Shown here: piece after piece, positions 52,286 to 63,841 of the stretch | How positions within the stretch are numbered: the stretch's first letter is position 1 | Layout of the letters: each line of letters begins with the position of its first letter | Assembly (NCBI RefSeq): GCF_006345805.1 | Contig: NC_043008.1 | Span: 70,184,001-70,248,000 of the forward strand | Direction of reading: 5' to 3' | DNA: 64,000 bases | Origin: Octopus sinensis | Taxonomy: Eukaryota | The notes under the pieces: model-generated | The model's database searches: none | What the model was told of the DNA's origin: nothing | What the model saw: only the letters and a program-made list of their open reading frames with translations | Position numbers and translations under genes: made by a program

Positions 52286-52410
52286 TTATTTATATATATA
52301 TATATATATATTTATATTTATTATAATATATATATAATATATATATATATTTATATTTATATATATATATAATATATTTATATTTATATATTATATATAT
52401 ATATATATAT
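47811..52410. repeat. 4.6-kb (TA)n-derived array with higher-order sub-arrays (22-bp unit GCGTATATATGTTTATATATAT at about 50560-51010; 24-bp unit near 50380-50480)
   Basis: GCG recurs every 22 bp (50568, 50590, 50612, 50634...); the ORF track shows 22-aa and 8-aa periodicity. Confidence 0.95.
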
Positions 52411-55400
52411 CCTTAAATCCTTAAAAATGTTTAGCCCGAAGGCCGCGGCCATGCTGGGGCACCACCGCTGAATGAGCTACACTAGTTTGTGAATCCACCT
52501 CTGATACGTGGCACTTGATCAACAAGGGAGTTCGATGCTGCTGCCCGCATCCGTGTCTCCTGTCGTGAGGTAGGTTCATCTGGGACTCCCAACAAGAAGA
52601 GATCAGTTTAGTTTTAAAGAAACCCACATCCACACCATGTAAGTCTCTCAGGCATTTAGGGTGGATGTTAAAGAGCTGTGGTCCTCTGAAACCCAAGCTG
52701 TTGCAGTATCTGGACCTGTATTTTGATGGTGATGTGTGGAATCCTTGGCACCACGCAGCGGCGCCCCGTTCTGCGGTTGGAATAACTTTGAATGCCAAAG
52801 TTTGGGACAAGACCCTCCAGGATTTTCCAGATGTATATCACTGCATATCTCTCCCGCCTCCGCTCCAGGGAGAAGAGGTTTAATACCTTCAGTCTTTCCC
52901 AGTAGCTGACATTTTGCATTGAGACGATTTTCTTTGTGTAGCTTCTCTGAGTTGCTTCGAGTTCTGCTGTTTGTTTTATATTGTGTGGTGACCAAAGTTG
53001 GGAGCAGTAGTCCAAGCGGCTGAGGACAAATGTTTTCCATAGGACCATCAGTGTCTCCTCTCTCTTGTTCTGAAAGTTCGGAGAATCCATCCAGCTAGCC
53101 GTCTGCATTTTATCACCAGATTAGCAATATGCATTTGGAAAGATGCATCATTGCTCATGTCAATGCCCAGGTCACGCACTGATTTTGACTCAGGGATTGC
53201 AATTCTTTCTGGGCCAGTGTATCCAGTCTTCACGTCATTTACCTTTGTGTGCCAGTAGCGCAGGCCTGGAACTTACCTGCATTAAACTGCATGTTGTTGT
53301 CCTCAGCCCACCTGATATTGTGTCCAGCTCATGTTGCAGATGCGCAATATTTTCAGGGTTTTGTATTGCGTGGGAGACTTTTGTGTCATCTGCATAGCTA
53401 GCAAGGGTGGTCATCGTAGCAATTGAAGGCATGTCTGAAAGGGCCACTATGAACATCAGTGGCCCCAAGACAGTGCCCTGTGGGACACCGCTTGCTATTT
53501 GTGTTTCCCTGGAGGTGGCTCCATTGCTCACAACTGCCTGTTTTCTGTCTTTTAGGAAGTTGTGCAGCCACTCTCCAAGTTTCCCGCCTATGCCGAGACC
53601 ACGCAGTTTGTGACAGATCATACCATGGTCGACTTTATCAAAGGCTTTTGCAAAGTCAAGATATATTACATCCACATTTGAGCCATTTAGTAGCTGTTTC
53701 AACACCCAGTCATAGTGTTACAGGAGCTGTGTTAGGCAGCCTCTACCTGGTCGAAATCCATGCTGGGTGTCAGACAGTAAGTCATTTTCTTCAAGGAACA
53801 TGATTAGTTTCTTACGGACTATTCGTTCCATGACTTTGCTGATGTGTGAGGTCAGAGAGATAGGCCTATAATTTTAGCATCTGCTCTGCTACCTCCCTTA
53901 TGGATAGGGCATATTACCCCCTCTTTCAGTTTGACTGGGAGCTTACCACTTGCAAGAAAGCTCTGAAAAGAAAAAGAAGCTGTAGCGGTTTTGCAAGGGC
54001 TCGTTTGCACGATTTGAGAAGGATCGCTGGGAATCCATCAGCGGTCCAGCAGCTGAGTTTGTGTCAATCTCATCAATGGCTGTGTGATATCATCTTCTCG
54101 ATGTTGATGTACTCAATTTTTGTCTCTTTGGCCGCTGGTAAAGTGGCAAAGAATTCTTCTGGGTTGTTTACTTGCCTGTGTCCTAGAGGTGTAGTGAACA
54201 CACTTTGGAACTGTTCGTTCAGTATTTCACTTATCCTCGTGGGATTTCCTGTGAGAGAGCCATCTTTTTGGAAGAGAGGTCCTATTCTCTGGTGCACTGT
54301 GGCTGTCTCTTTGGCAAACTTAAAGAAAGCTCTAGGGTTTGATTTTATATTTCTATTACCCAAGCTTCTTTATCTGCTCTCTCCTTTTCATGGGACTGAT
54401 GTAGACTTTTCTCAGTTTCCATTAGCATTCTTTCGAGCCGAGACTTCTCACCACTTTTGGTGTGCTTGCTCAGGCGGTTTGCAATCCTTGTCCGTCGTCT
54501 CATAAGAATCCTCCTTTCTCTAGGGATCCTGTTTTTGTTCTTGGTGTGCTGGCCCTGCACATTGGGACATATTTGTCACATATGGCTTGTATTATGGACA
54601 TGAAGTGTTTGTGTTTCATGTTTATGTCCGGTGTGGAGAGACATTCAGGCCAATCTTGTTTGAGGATCTCTTTCTCAATCGACTTCCAGTTGGCTTTATG
54701 AAAGTTAAGTTGGAGAGATGGTAGGTGCTTCGTATAGGCTGTGTGTCTGCTGGGGCTTTTGTTCCATACATAGACAGCTCTATTATGTTGTGATCCGAGA
54801 TCATTGTCGGCATCACATTAACATATGGATAATATCCATATTGTTTGTGAAGCAGAGATCCAGTATATTATCTGCCCTTGTTGGTTGCAGAACTATTTGC
54901 TCCATGAAAGAGGTATTTGTGAGATGGAGCAGGGACTCCACCTGTGCCTGCTGATGGTGTGTCATCCCTGGGAGCATCTGCCCCCAGGCCATTCCACATT
55001 GGGGAGGTTAAAGTCACCCATGAAGAATACACTGTTGTGCTGTTCAAGGTTGGTGAGGACTTCTCCTACTTTTGTTAGGCAGTCTTCAAACATGCCTGAG
55101 TGTTTTGGGGCGTCTGGTGGGCGAATGTAGTGCATATGACGATATTCAGTTGTCTTATGTGTACAATTTGAGTTTCACATACTGAGTTTGAATATGACAG
55201 CAGGACCTGGGGCGTGAGGTCATCTCGGATGTACATTGCAACTCCACCATGGCTCCTCCCTTTTCTATCTGTGCGTATGACTGCATATTGCGGCATGTGT
55301 ATTTCTGCATCACCTATATCGGGTCAAGATGCTTTCTGTGAGTGCCATGCATATAGCTTGATTGCATGTCACAAGGTCTCTCAGGAATGAAATTTTCTTT

Positions 55401-55435
55401 TTACAGTTTCCGCGCAGCAGCCCTCCTACATTCAG
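52411..55435 (-). mobile_element. CR1-clade LINE with an essentially complete but frameshifted ORF2 (APE endonuclease, RT, C-terminus); ORF1 and 5' UTR absent
   Basis: Starts at LNVGGL (APE N-terminal motif), then RTDRKGRSHGGVAMYIR, GDFNLP, YLDFAKAFDKVDH, SGVPQGTVLGP, YADDTK and SLERRRERY; 3' tail ...CATTTTTAAGGATTTAAGG; TA-rich repeats on both sides. Confidence 0.95.
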
Positions 55436-55447
55436 TATATTTATATT

Positions 55448-55483
<36 letters not shown>

Positions 55484-55518
55484 ATATATAATTTATTATA
55501 TATATATATATATATACT

Positions 55519-55573
<55 letters not shown>

Positions 55574-55587
55574 TATATATATATTTA

Positions 55588-55629
<42 letters not shown>

Positions 55630-55634
55630 CTATA

Positions 55635-55684
<50 letters not shown>

Positions 55685-55725
55685 ACTTATATGTGTCTGT
55701 GTGTATGTATAAATGTATATATATA
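55436..55725. repeat. (TA)n-derived tract
   Basis: Directly visible. Confidence 0.95.
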
Positions 55726-55957
55726 GGGGGAGAATTCACAAAAAGCAATAGATGTAAACAGGTGATGTAGACAACAAATAGAGGTATTAGTATAACGCTC
55801 GGGAAATAAAGAAGTCTTTAACGTTTCGAGCTTACACTCTTCCACAGAAAGGAACATGGAGAGAAAATGAAGAATGTGTAGTGGCTAGTGACCTATCATG
55901 GCGAATGCCAGACAGAAGGGTCACACAGGAGAGATAGGGAGAAGGGGAGATATTAAG
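55726..55957 (-). mobile_element. Probable Penelope-like terminal remnant in (TA)n carrying a hammerhead-like motif (55816-55851)
   Basis: Minus strand reads CTTT-CTGTGGA-A-GAGT-gtaa-GCTC-GAAAC-GTT-AAAG; TA repeats on both flanks. Penelope origin is inferred from the motif type. Confidence 0.55.
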
Positions 55958-55986
55958 TATGTATATATATATATATATATATATAT

Positions 55987-56910
55987 AGGGTGCGTTCAAA
56001 AAGTACCTGACCTATGGGCATAAAAATAAGCAATATTTTACATTTCGCTAATTTTCTTTAATCACCTTCAAAATACTGCCCTTGCGTGTTCATACTCTTC
56101 TCCCAATGGTTCTGTCACTGCTGATTACACCTTTAGAGTGCCTTCACTGGAAAGCTACAGAGCTCTACTGTTGCTTTTCTCACAATTTTGTCTTGCTGAC
56201 AGGGAAGCAACTCAAATTGCTTCCCTGTCAGCATTCTTTTCACTTTGGTGCCAAGTCAAGAGAATAGGGAGCCTGTCAAACAAATGACATGTTGTTCTTG
56301 ACCAGAAAAGCTTGCATTATGAGGTGTGTTCAAAAAGCATCAGACAATTTTTCCACTGAATCTCTCCACAGGCACAAATCTTCTTTTAAAATGGAATGCA
56401 CTGATCCTAGGCTTATTCCCACTTCATTAGAGTTATTCCCTGGATTGTTACACATTGTCTTCCATGACTATTCACTGAACCTTCTCAACCAGCTGCTCCT
56501 TTTGACTTGTGGATGGCCTACCTGAAATGCCTCACTCTCCACTGAAGTGTGGCCATGTTTGAAGTGATTGTACCACTCCTTGGTCTGACTTTTCCCCATG
56601 GCATCATCACCAAGAGCCTGTTGAATCTTCTGGATGGTTTTGAGCTTGAGTATCACCAAGCTTTTGGCAAAACTTGATGCAATACCTCTGATCAAAGCAT
56701 TCTGTCATTTTGCTTGAAAACAAAAATCTACTGAGTGCACACAATATGTCTGTACTCAATTTGTAACAGTCAGTAACTGACATGACCTACCAATGCAAAA
56801 TTTTCAGGCACACATTGGAAGTGGGGGTGTCATCTCCCACCCAAAGCATTTCGTCTGCACAGCATTAGTTTCCTTGGGAAAAAATAGACACTTTTTCAGC
56901 ACACCTCGTA
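55987..56910 (-). mobile_element. Internally deleted mariner (DD34D-type) element with an extra internal TIR at 56318-56345
   Basis: N-terminal QRYCIKFCQKLG...KEWYNHFKHG...EVGISLGSVHSILKEDL and C-terminal FLVKNN...PYSLDLAP...YFEGD*; TIR-like GAGGTGTG(T/C)T(C/G)AAAAAG at both ends (left end diverged) and internally; TA flanks. Confidence 0.85.
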
Positions 56911-56925
56911 TATATGTGTATATAC

Positions 56926-56977
<52 letters not shown>

Positions 56978-57054
56978 ATATGTATATATATGTATATATG
57001 TATATGTATATATATGTATATGTATATATATGTATATGTATAATATATATATAT

Positions 57055-57086
<32 letters not shown>

Positions 57087-57117
57087 GTATATGTATATGT
57101 ATATGTGTATATGTATA

Positions 57118-57150
<33 letters not shown>

Positions 57151-57200
57151 GTATATACACACATGTATATACATATGCATACATATACTTTTATGTGTGT
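56911..57200. repeat. Compound (TA)n/(TATATG)n microsatellite
   Basis: Directly visible. Confidence 0.95.
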
Positions 57201-58252
57201 GTATGTATTATATATTGTTTAATGCTCAAAATGAGGAGTAGATAGACAGCCATCAACTGATGAAGGGTCCTTTCTGTCTTTACTTGTCTTGTTTTCCATT
57301 TTTTCTCTTGTTTATATATATTTATGGTGTAATTCAAATTCCTTCTTGAAATACAAAAACTGTTTTAAATATCCCACACCATATTATGACTTACTGCATC
57401 AATTTCATGAGGCAGGAGCAGTGCTTGTAGCTGTAGCAGCACCACCACCATCTCATTCATTGATCTACCTACAAATGTGCAGATAAGGTAGTCACATGAG
57501 TCTTCTGGGCCTGAGAGAATCTTCAAAGATATCATAAGCACTGTCTATCCTCTGCAGACCAACTTTCATATAAAGAAAAACAAAATTTATTTCCACCACC
57601 ACCACCACCATCATCATCAGCATCGTTGCTATCATCATCATCCTCATCACCATCATCATCATCATCCATATCTTAATCTTTGTATTTTCCTTGAATTGCA
57701 TGGCTTGAACAGGTTTATCATGGCTTTTGTGTGCCTTTCATTACCACCACTATTTTCCTTACATGATTTTGGAGAGGGAAGTGTTTCTTTTCTCTTTTTT
57801 TTTTCATCTAGTTGAATATGACTATTTCATAGTAAATTCCTATACTAATTACACACCTTATTATTAATACCAATTAATAGAAAGTAATTAGAAATAATAG
57901 GAAAAAAGTTGTGTAAACTGTTAACTTTTTTTACATCATATATTAGGATGTCCTATTATCAGGTGCCACTTATTCTGTGTGTGTGTATCTATCTACCTGT
58001 CTATATGTCTCTGCCTCTGTCTGTTTGATTGTCTGTCTGTCTGTGTCTTAGTAGTAGTAGCGTGCAATAAAACATGTTTGTTCTATCCATTCTCTTCTGT
58101 TTACACTTTTACATATACTATATGGATATATATATAGCTTTCCAGATCTAACCGCAGTATCTTGAACAGTTTTTTGCTGTAAAACCATGTTAGCTGATAT
58201 TCATAGGTAGGCTTTCTGAAGCAAACTACAAGGGTTATACTCAAATTAAATT

Positions 58253-58301
<49 letters not shown>

Positions 58302-58324
58302 CTTCTGTCTGTCTAAATATATCA

Positions 58325-58810
58325 CTATTGGGTGTCTGTCATGGGTCGACATTGACTGTTCTTGTTCAGTAACCATCTCTGACAGGCTCCCATGTGGGCT
58401 ACAAGGCCTGCTCTTCATCTGCAGTAGTGATGACATCTGTAGGTGAAGTTACATGATGTACTTGAGAAGTGACGTCAATCATGTGCACTTTCATATTCCC
58501 TCTGTTGTTTCTTCTCAATGACTGAAATTATGAGCCTCAGAAATTGGTGCATTCAGTGTATCATGGGGCCTTCTCCTCCTAGGTGTCTGGAGAGATGCTG
58601 AAGTTCTCCACGTGTCTCTTGTATAACAACCTCTGGCTACCATGGCTCCTCCTCTTCTGATACACTTCAGTGTAGAAAACTACCTTTGGGAGTCTGCTGC
58701 CCTCCATCCAACAAATATGTCCCACTCAGTGCAGTTGCAATGCAGAAATGAGGGCCTCCATACTAACTGCACTCAAACTTCTTGTGCAGTTTACTTTTGC
58801 CACTGTGGAT
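58325..58810 (-). mobile_element. RTE-clade LINE 3' fragment, decayed
   Basis: SMEALISALQLH*VGHICWMEGSRLPKVVFYTEV...SHGSQRLLYK...CR*RAGLVAHMGAC matches RTE post-RT motifs (QLRWxGHVxRM, RLPKxxFYxEL, SRxGLxxHxRAC). Confidence 0.75.
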
Positions 58811-58824
58811 AATAACAAGTAATG

Positions 58825-59245
58825 TTTATTATTATAAGGTAATGATCTAGCAGAATCCGTAGCATGTTGGACAAAATGCTTAGCTGCGTATCTTCCAATT
58901 TTACATTCTGAGTTCAAATTACACTAATGTCAACTTTGCCTTTTATCTTTATGTGGTTGATAAAATAAGTACCAGTCATGCACTTCACCCCACAAAATTA
59001 CAGACCTTGTGCCTATCATAGAAAGAAAAATAATGTTGCATTTTTCATTAATCATTTCTGATTTTTGCATGAGGCCAGTAATTTTTGTAAGATAGCATTT
59101 AGTTTAGTACTTGGCTAATACTTTATTTTATCAAAAGTGAGGAAAAGGAAAGTTGACTTCACTCAGGATTTGAACCCAGAATGTAAAGAGCTGGATTAAA
59201 TCTTGCAAAGCTCTTTTCCACTACTTTAGTGATTCTGCCAATCAA
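58825..59245. mobile_element. Two SINE B copies in opposite orientation (about 58825-59025 +, 59050-59245 -)
   Basis: AAGGTAATGATCTAGCAGAATC head and GAGTTCAAATT; the second copy reads GATTTGAACCCAGAATG...GATTCTGCCA on plus. Confidence 0.7.
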
Positions 59246-60009
59246 CAACTCTTGCATCTGTGTTATTTCAACTGAAACAGTGTTATTTCTATTGAAAATA
59301 CTACATACATCTGTTGCTGCAATACTTAGTGGGCATAATCATTGTTGCATACCAAAGTCACTGACTATTTCAGGTCTTACAACACACACCTTCAGGCAGA
59401 TGGGCTGATCTAGGTTGATCAAGCATTCTACTGACCCCATATAAACTCTATGTTCTTGATGCCCCTTCTATTCATTCCTGTAATGCACAAGGTTCCAAAG
59501 GCTTTTCTAAGGAAGTGATCTGCAAATCCTAAACTACCTACATCTACTGGCAAGCACCTAGTCCCCTATAATTCCTGTAACTGCACCCCGCCACTACAAT
59601 CCTTAGTACTTTACTCCTTTCTTCTTCTGTACCAGCTTCTCCTCTCCCTCCTTGGGCCTTCTTTTATTCTTCTTTTACTTGTTTCAGTCATATGACTGCT
59701 GCCATGCTGGGGCACTACCTTAGTGAATATATTTATTGCAAATATGGACATAAAAAATTTGTTTAATTTAAATCAGCTTTATTTTAATATTATTGTGAAA
59801 ATAATAATTTTGATTTGGTATCTTTATTGTGAAAATTACCGTTAATTCTATTGTTTTGTGTAGGACCATAAAATCTGAAAAATAGTAAAAAAATTATAAT
59901 TATTGAACTTAGGTAACCTTCTTTGATGTTACATCCTCCCACAAAGATAAATTCCTAATATAATCCATCATGTGATAGGTAACACACTTTAGTTAATGAA
60001 TAATTAACA

Positions 60010-60258
60010 GGATGGTCACAACTGGAAAATCTTTTCTCATAGATCTGCTCAATCAGAGGCTGACCTGTGGCTAAACAACAACAATAACAAAAACTACCGT
60101 TGCTGCTGTTGCAACTACTACTACTACTACTACTACAGCAAAGGATACATTAAACAATGGGAGTCCTCATACACTATGTATGAATAATTGACAGTTTGGT
60201 CATGGTTGGAATGTTTTTGATCATGTCCATCAGTAGTCTTGGGTTTAAATAACAACTA
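60010..60258 (+). mobile_element. Two short (CAA)n-tailed retroposon 3' fragments (related piece at about 27135-27192)
   Basis: GGATGGTCACAACTGGAA...CTGACCTGTGGCTAAACAACAAC and TGGTCATGGTTGGAA...CTTGGGTTTAAATAACAAC. Confidence 0.45.
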
Positions 60259-60649
60259 CTATTATTGCTCCTTCGCCATGTGCTATAACCCAACTCAGTC
60301 CACTCTATTGCCATTAACACTTTGATATCCTACCACACTAATCTTTGACATTACTCTTCCCCGTTTCCCTCTTCCCTCCATTAATCTCATGTCAACATTA
60401 TTTCCTCTGTTATTCTTTCCATTAGCATCTTCTCACAGCCATAAATCTGTTCCATCAATCATGGAGTGACTCTCTTTTGCCTTGTCAGTTACAAGGCACA
60501 CCTTTCCATTCTCCACTCTGCCTGTGGTGATGCTTCAAAATAGCACTTTGTACAGTCTGCAAGTGGTTGGTAAATGATTTAAGCAGCAACAACTTGCAGC
60601 TTAAGAGCTCTCTTCATGTTTGCTGATGGTAAGGTTACCTCTATAATGT

Positions 60650-60817
60650 TAGTGCCATGAAAAGCTACACCCAACAAACTTAGTAAAGTGGTTGGTGTTA
60701 AGAAGAGCATCCAGTCATAGGAACCATGCTGAAACAAAGATCTTGGAGCAAGATGTTGTCCTTAAAACCCATTTCAACCCATGTCAATATGGAAAATAGA
60801 TATAAAATGATGATGAT
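60650..60817 (+). mobile_element. Family C 3' fragment
   Basis: GTGGTTGGTGTTAAGAAGAGCATCCAG...CAACCCATGTCAATATGGAAAATAGATATAAAAT(GAT)n. Confidence 0.7.
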
Positions 60818-61507
60818 ATAAAGTTGAAGCACAGGGCTGCATAGATTAGTTGCTGACAATAAATAAAGATATGAACAAAGAAAATATGATGTCAAAGACC
60901 AGAACATTCAGAGTTCATTTCTTAGCAGATTCAACTTTAGCATTCATCTCATTGTTAATAAATTCAATACCAGACATACATTGGTGTTAAGGAACAAGTG
61001 AGGTGGCGAGGAAGGGATTTGGTCAACTGCAGTGTAAGTAGTTGGTAGAATCATTAGTGTTGAGTAGACTGTTTCACAGTGTTCTTTTTGAGTCTTTGTA
61101 TTCTCAGTTCAAATCCTGCTGAGGTCAAATTTGCATTTCATCCTTTCTGGTTTGATAGAAATTAAAAATAGTTACCTCACCAAGTGTAGTTAATTTGCAG
61201 AACTGTTTGAATATTGGGCCAAATACCACAAAGAATATTTTGTGGTATTAGCTCTGACATTCTGAATTCAAATCCCACCAAAACCTATTTGGCTGCTAGA
61301 ATTAATTTGTCAACTGATTCAACACTATCACGCAGCAGCTTGAGATTTGTCAGTGGGTGTGCTCTGTTGCAAGAATTGAGTTGAGGTCACTGGTTTGAGG
61401 TTGGCTTCTATCTTCCTTCTTTCCATCCAATTACAGAAGTCTTGTATCATGCATACTATTTTATCTCCTGACAGAAAGATTAAAAAACAAAAACAGCCTA
61501 TATCAAT

Positions 61508-61838
61508 CTTTTACTTGTTTCAGTCATTGGACTGTGGCCATACTGGTTAACTGCATTGTAGGGTTTGTCTGAAAAAAACCCAAAAAAAAACAGCATTTAT
61601 TCCAAGTCTGGTACATACTCAATTAGTTTCTTATTGCTAAACCATTATCACTGTGATGTAATGAAACAAATACACACACACACACATACACACAATGGGA
61701 TTCCACACAGTTTCCATCTACTAAATTCACTCACAAGGCATTGATTGGCTCAGGCATAGTGGAAGACATCTACCCAATGGAACTCAACCCATAACCACAT
61801 GATGGCAAAGTGAGCTTCTTAACCACATGCCCATGCCT
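61508..61838 (-). mobile_element. SINE A, degenerate full-span copy; another 5' half at 62432-62587 (-)
   Basis: Tail TTTTACTTGTTTCAGTCATTGGACTGTGGCCATA at 61508 and head ...CTTCTTAACCACATGCCCATGCC at 61838. Confidence 0.7.
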
Positions 61839-63173
61839 GCCCTATATACATATGTAGCTTACAAATCCACTATAGGTAGACTCAACAAAAAAGTACTTCA
61901 TCTAGTGAGAGATAAATACAATTTAATTCGCATATCAAAAGAGTTACTGATGGTTTCATGCTTTTATGATACTTTAAATCAACATATTTATAAAATACAC
62001 CATGTATCGCCAAGTAATTCTTCAGGTTCTGTTTATGCATTATATTCATTTTGAAAAACAGGGATTGTGTTTCTGTCTCAGAGACTTTGGATATATTTTC
62101 TGTTATTTTGTTCTATACCAGCTGCATTAATTGTGGTTTCTGCAATCAAGGCAGACAGGGATCTTGGTTTTCTTCATTTTGTTTATTTCTTCTCGTTCCA
62201 TTTTTCCAACAAACTTCTTCTCATTTTTCTTCTCTCTTATGTTCGCCTTGTCTAGCATCCTTGTTTTTAAAATATATCTAATGCATAAACAGAGCTTGAA
62301 AGATTGGGTGGAGATAAATACCTTATTTTATAAGTATGCTAATTTAAAGTATCATAAAAGCATGAAACTATTGGTAGCTCTTTCAATTGTGTATTAAATT
62401 AATACATGCACACACACATACACAAACACATGATAGGCTTTTACTCAGTTTCCATCAACTAAAATCACTCAAAAAGCTTTGGTTGGCCCAGGGCTATCGA
62501 AGAAGGCACCCAAGTTGCCACCCTGTAGGACTGAATCTGAATGCACAGGTTACAAAATGTGAGCTACCTAACCGAACAGTCATGCCTGTGCTTGTATCAA
62601 TAAAATAATAAACAGGTCCAAGATTCCATTGAAATATTTGTTTTTAATAATAACGGCTGAAAAATACCCAGTATTATTTCATATCATGGTGTCTTTGATA
62701 TTGAATATTTCCTGTGATTCAGATATCACCTAACTTTTACATATTTCAAGTCCTGTGAGATAACACTTGCATCCACATATATATGCACACACGTATTCAT
62801 AAGTTGTTTTGGTGTACACATATGCAAAACACACATATACATATATGCAAATACATACATTCATACATAATATGTATGTATATTCGTTTGTGTATGTGTA
62901 TACACACACATATGTACACATGTAACTCCTTTGTCCCTCCATGCATATGTGTATATGTGTGGGTAAATTTGCATATACAAGAAATATCAAAAGTCCCGTG
63001 AGATATACATACATATACATTCTTCAACATGTTAGTGGATTTATGTATTCATGTCAGTATTCTCATCCCTATCTATCTATCTATCTATTTATCTTTCTAT
63101 CTATCTATCTATCTATCCATCTACACACATATGTACAAATATTTATTACACATATATATATATGTATATGTGA

Positions 63174-63214
<41 letters not shown>

Positions 63215-63801
63215 TTACGCAGACATGTTTATATCTGTATATAAATGTACATACATACATACATATATATTTACATAAACACAAAAAGATACTAAAATTT
63301 TTACATAAAAATAAGCAAATTTTTCCCATTTTCCCAGAACGTGTTTGCAAGAATTGAATTCTATATGTTTCAGGAACACAGGAATTTTACCATTTTATGG
63401 CATAATCTTCTTTAAGAGTTGATACTTATGTAGGTACATTCGGAAATATAGCATTATTTACAATGGAACATGATCAGATTAATATTAAGACAGAACTAAA
63501 AGAAAGCAAAAGAATGGCAGATAAATATACACAACAACAAAATTGGCAAAATTAATAAAACAATAATAATAATAGTCATGATAATAATAATAATGATAAT
63601 AATGATTTCTTTTTATAATGATAATAATAATAGTAATAATAAAAACAGGAATATAGGCGATTTAAAAGTTAATTCTTGCCATTATTTATGAAGTTTAGTT
63701 TTATCAATATTTTCAATCAAATTGGAAAAATGGAGTAGTTTTTCACTTTGAGAATCTTCCATTATCTTATGTGTGTCACTGTATGTATTTGTATGTCTGT
63801 A

Positions 63802-63841
<40 letters not shown>

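Noticed and set aside
53900-54505. 201-aa plus-strand ORF and other plus-strand ORFs at 52665-55130
   Set aside because: Antisense to CR1 ORF2.
57257-57275. CTGATGAAGGG as a hammerhead core
   Set aside because: No following helix II and GAAA; incomplete.
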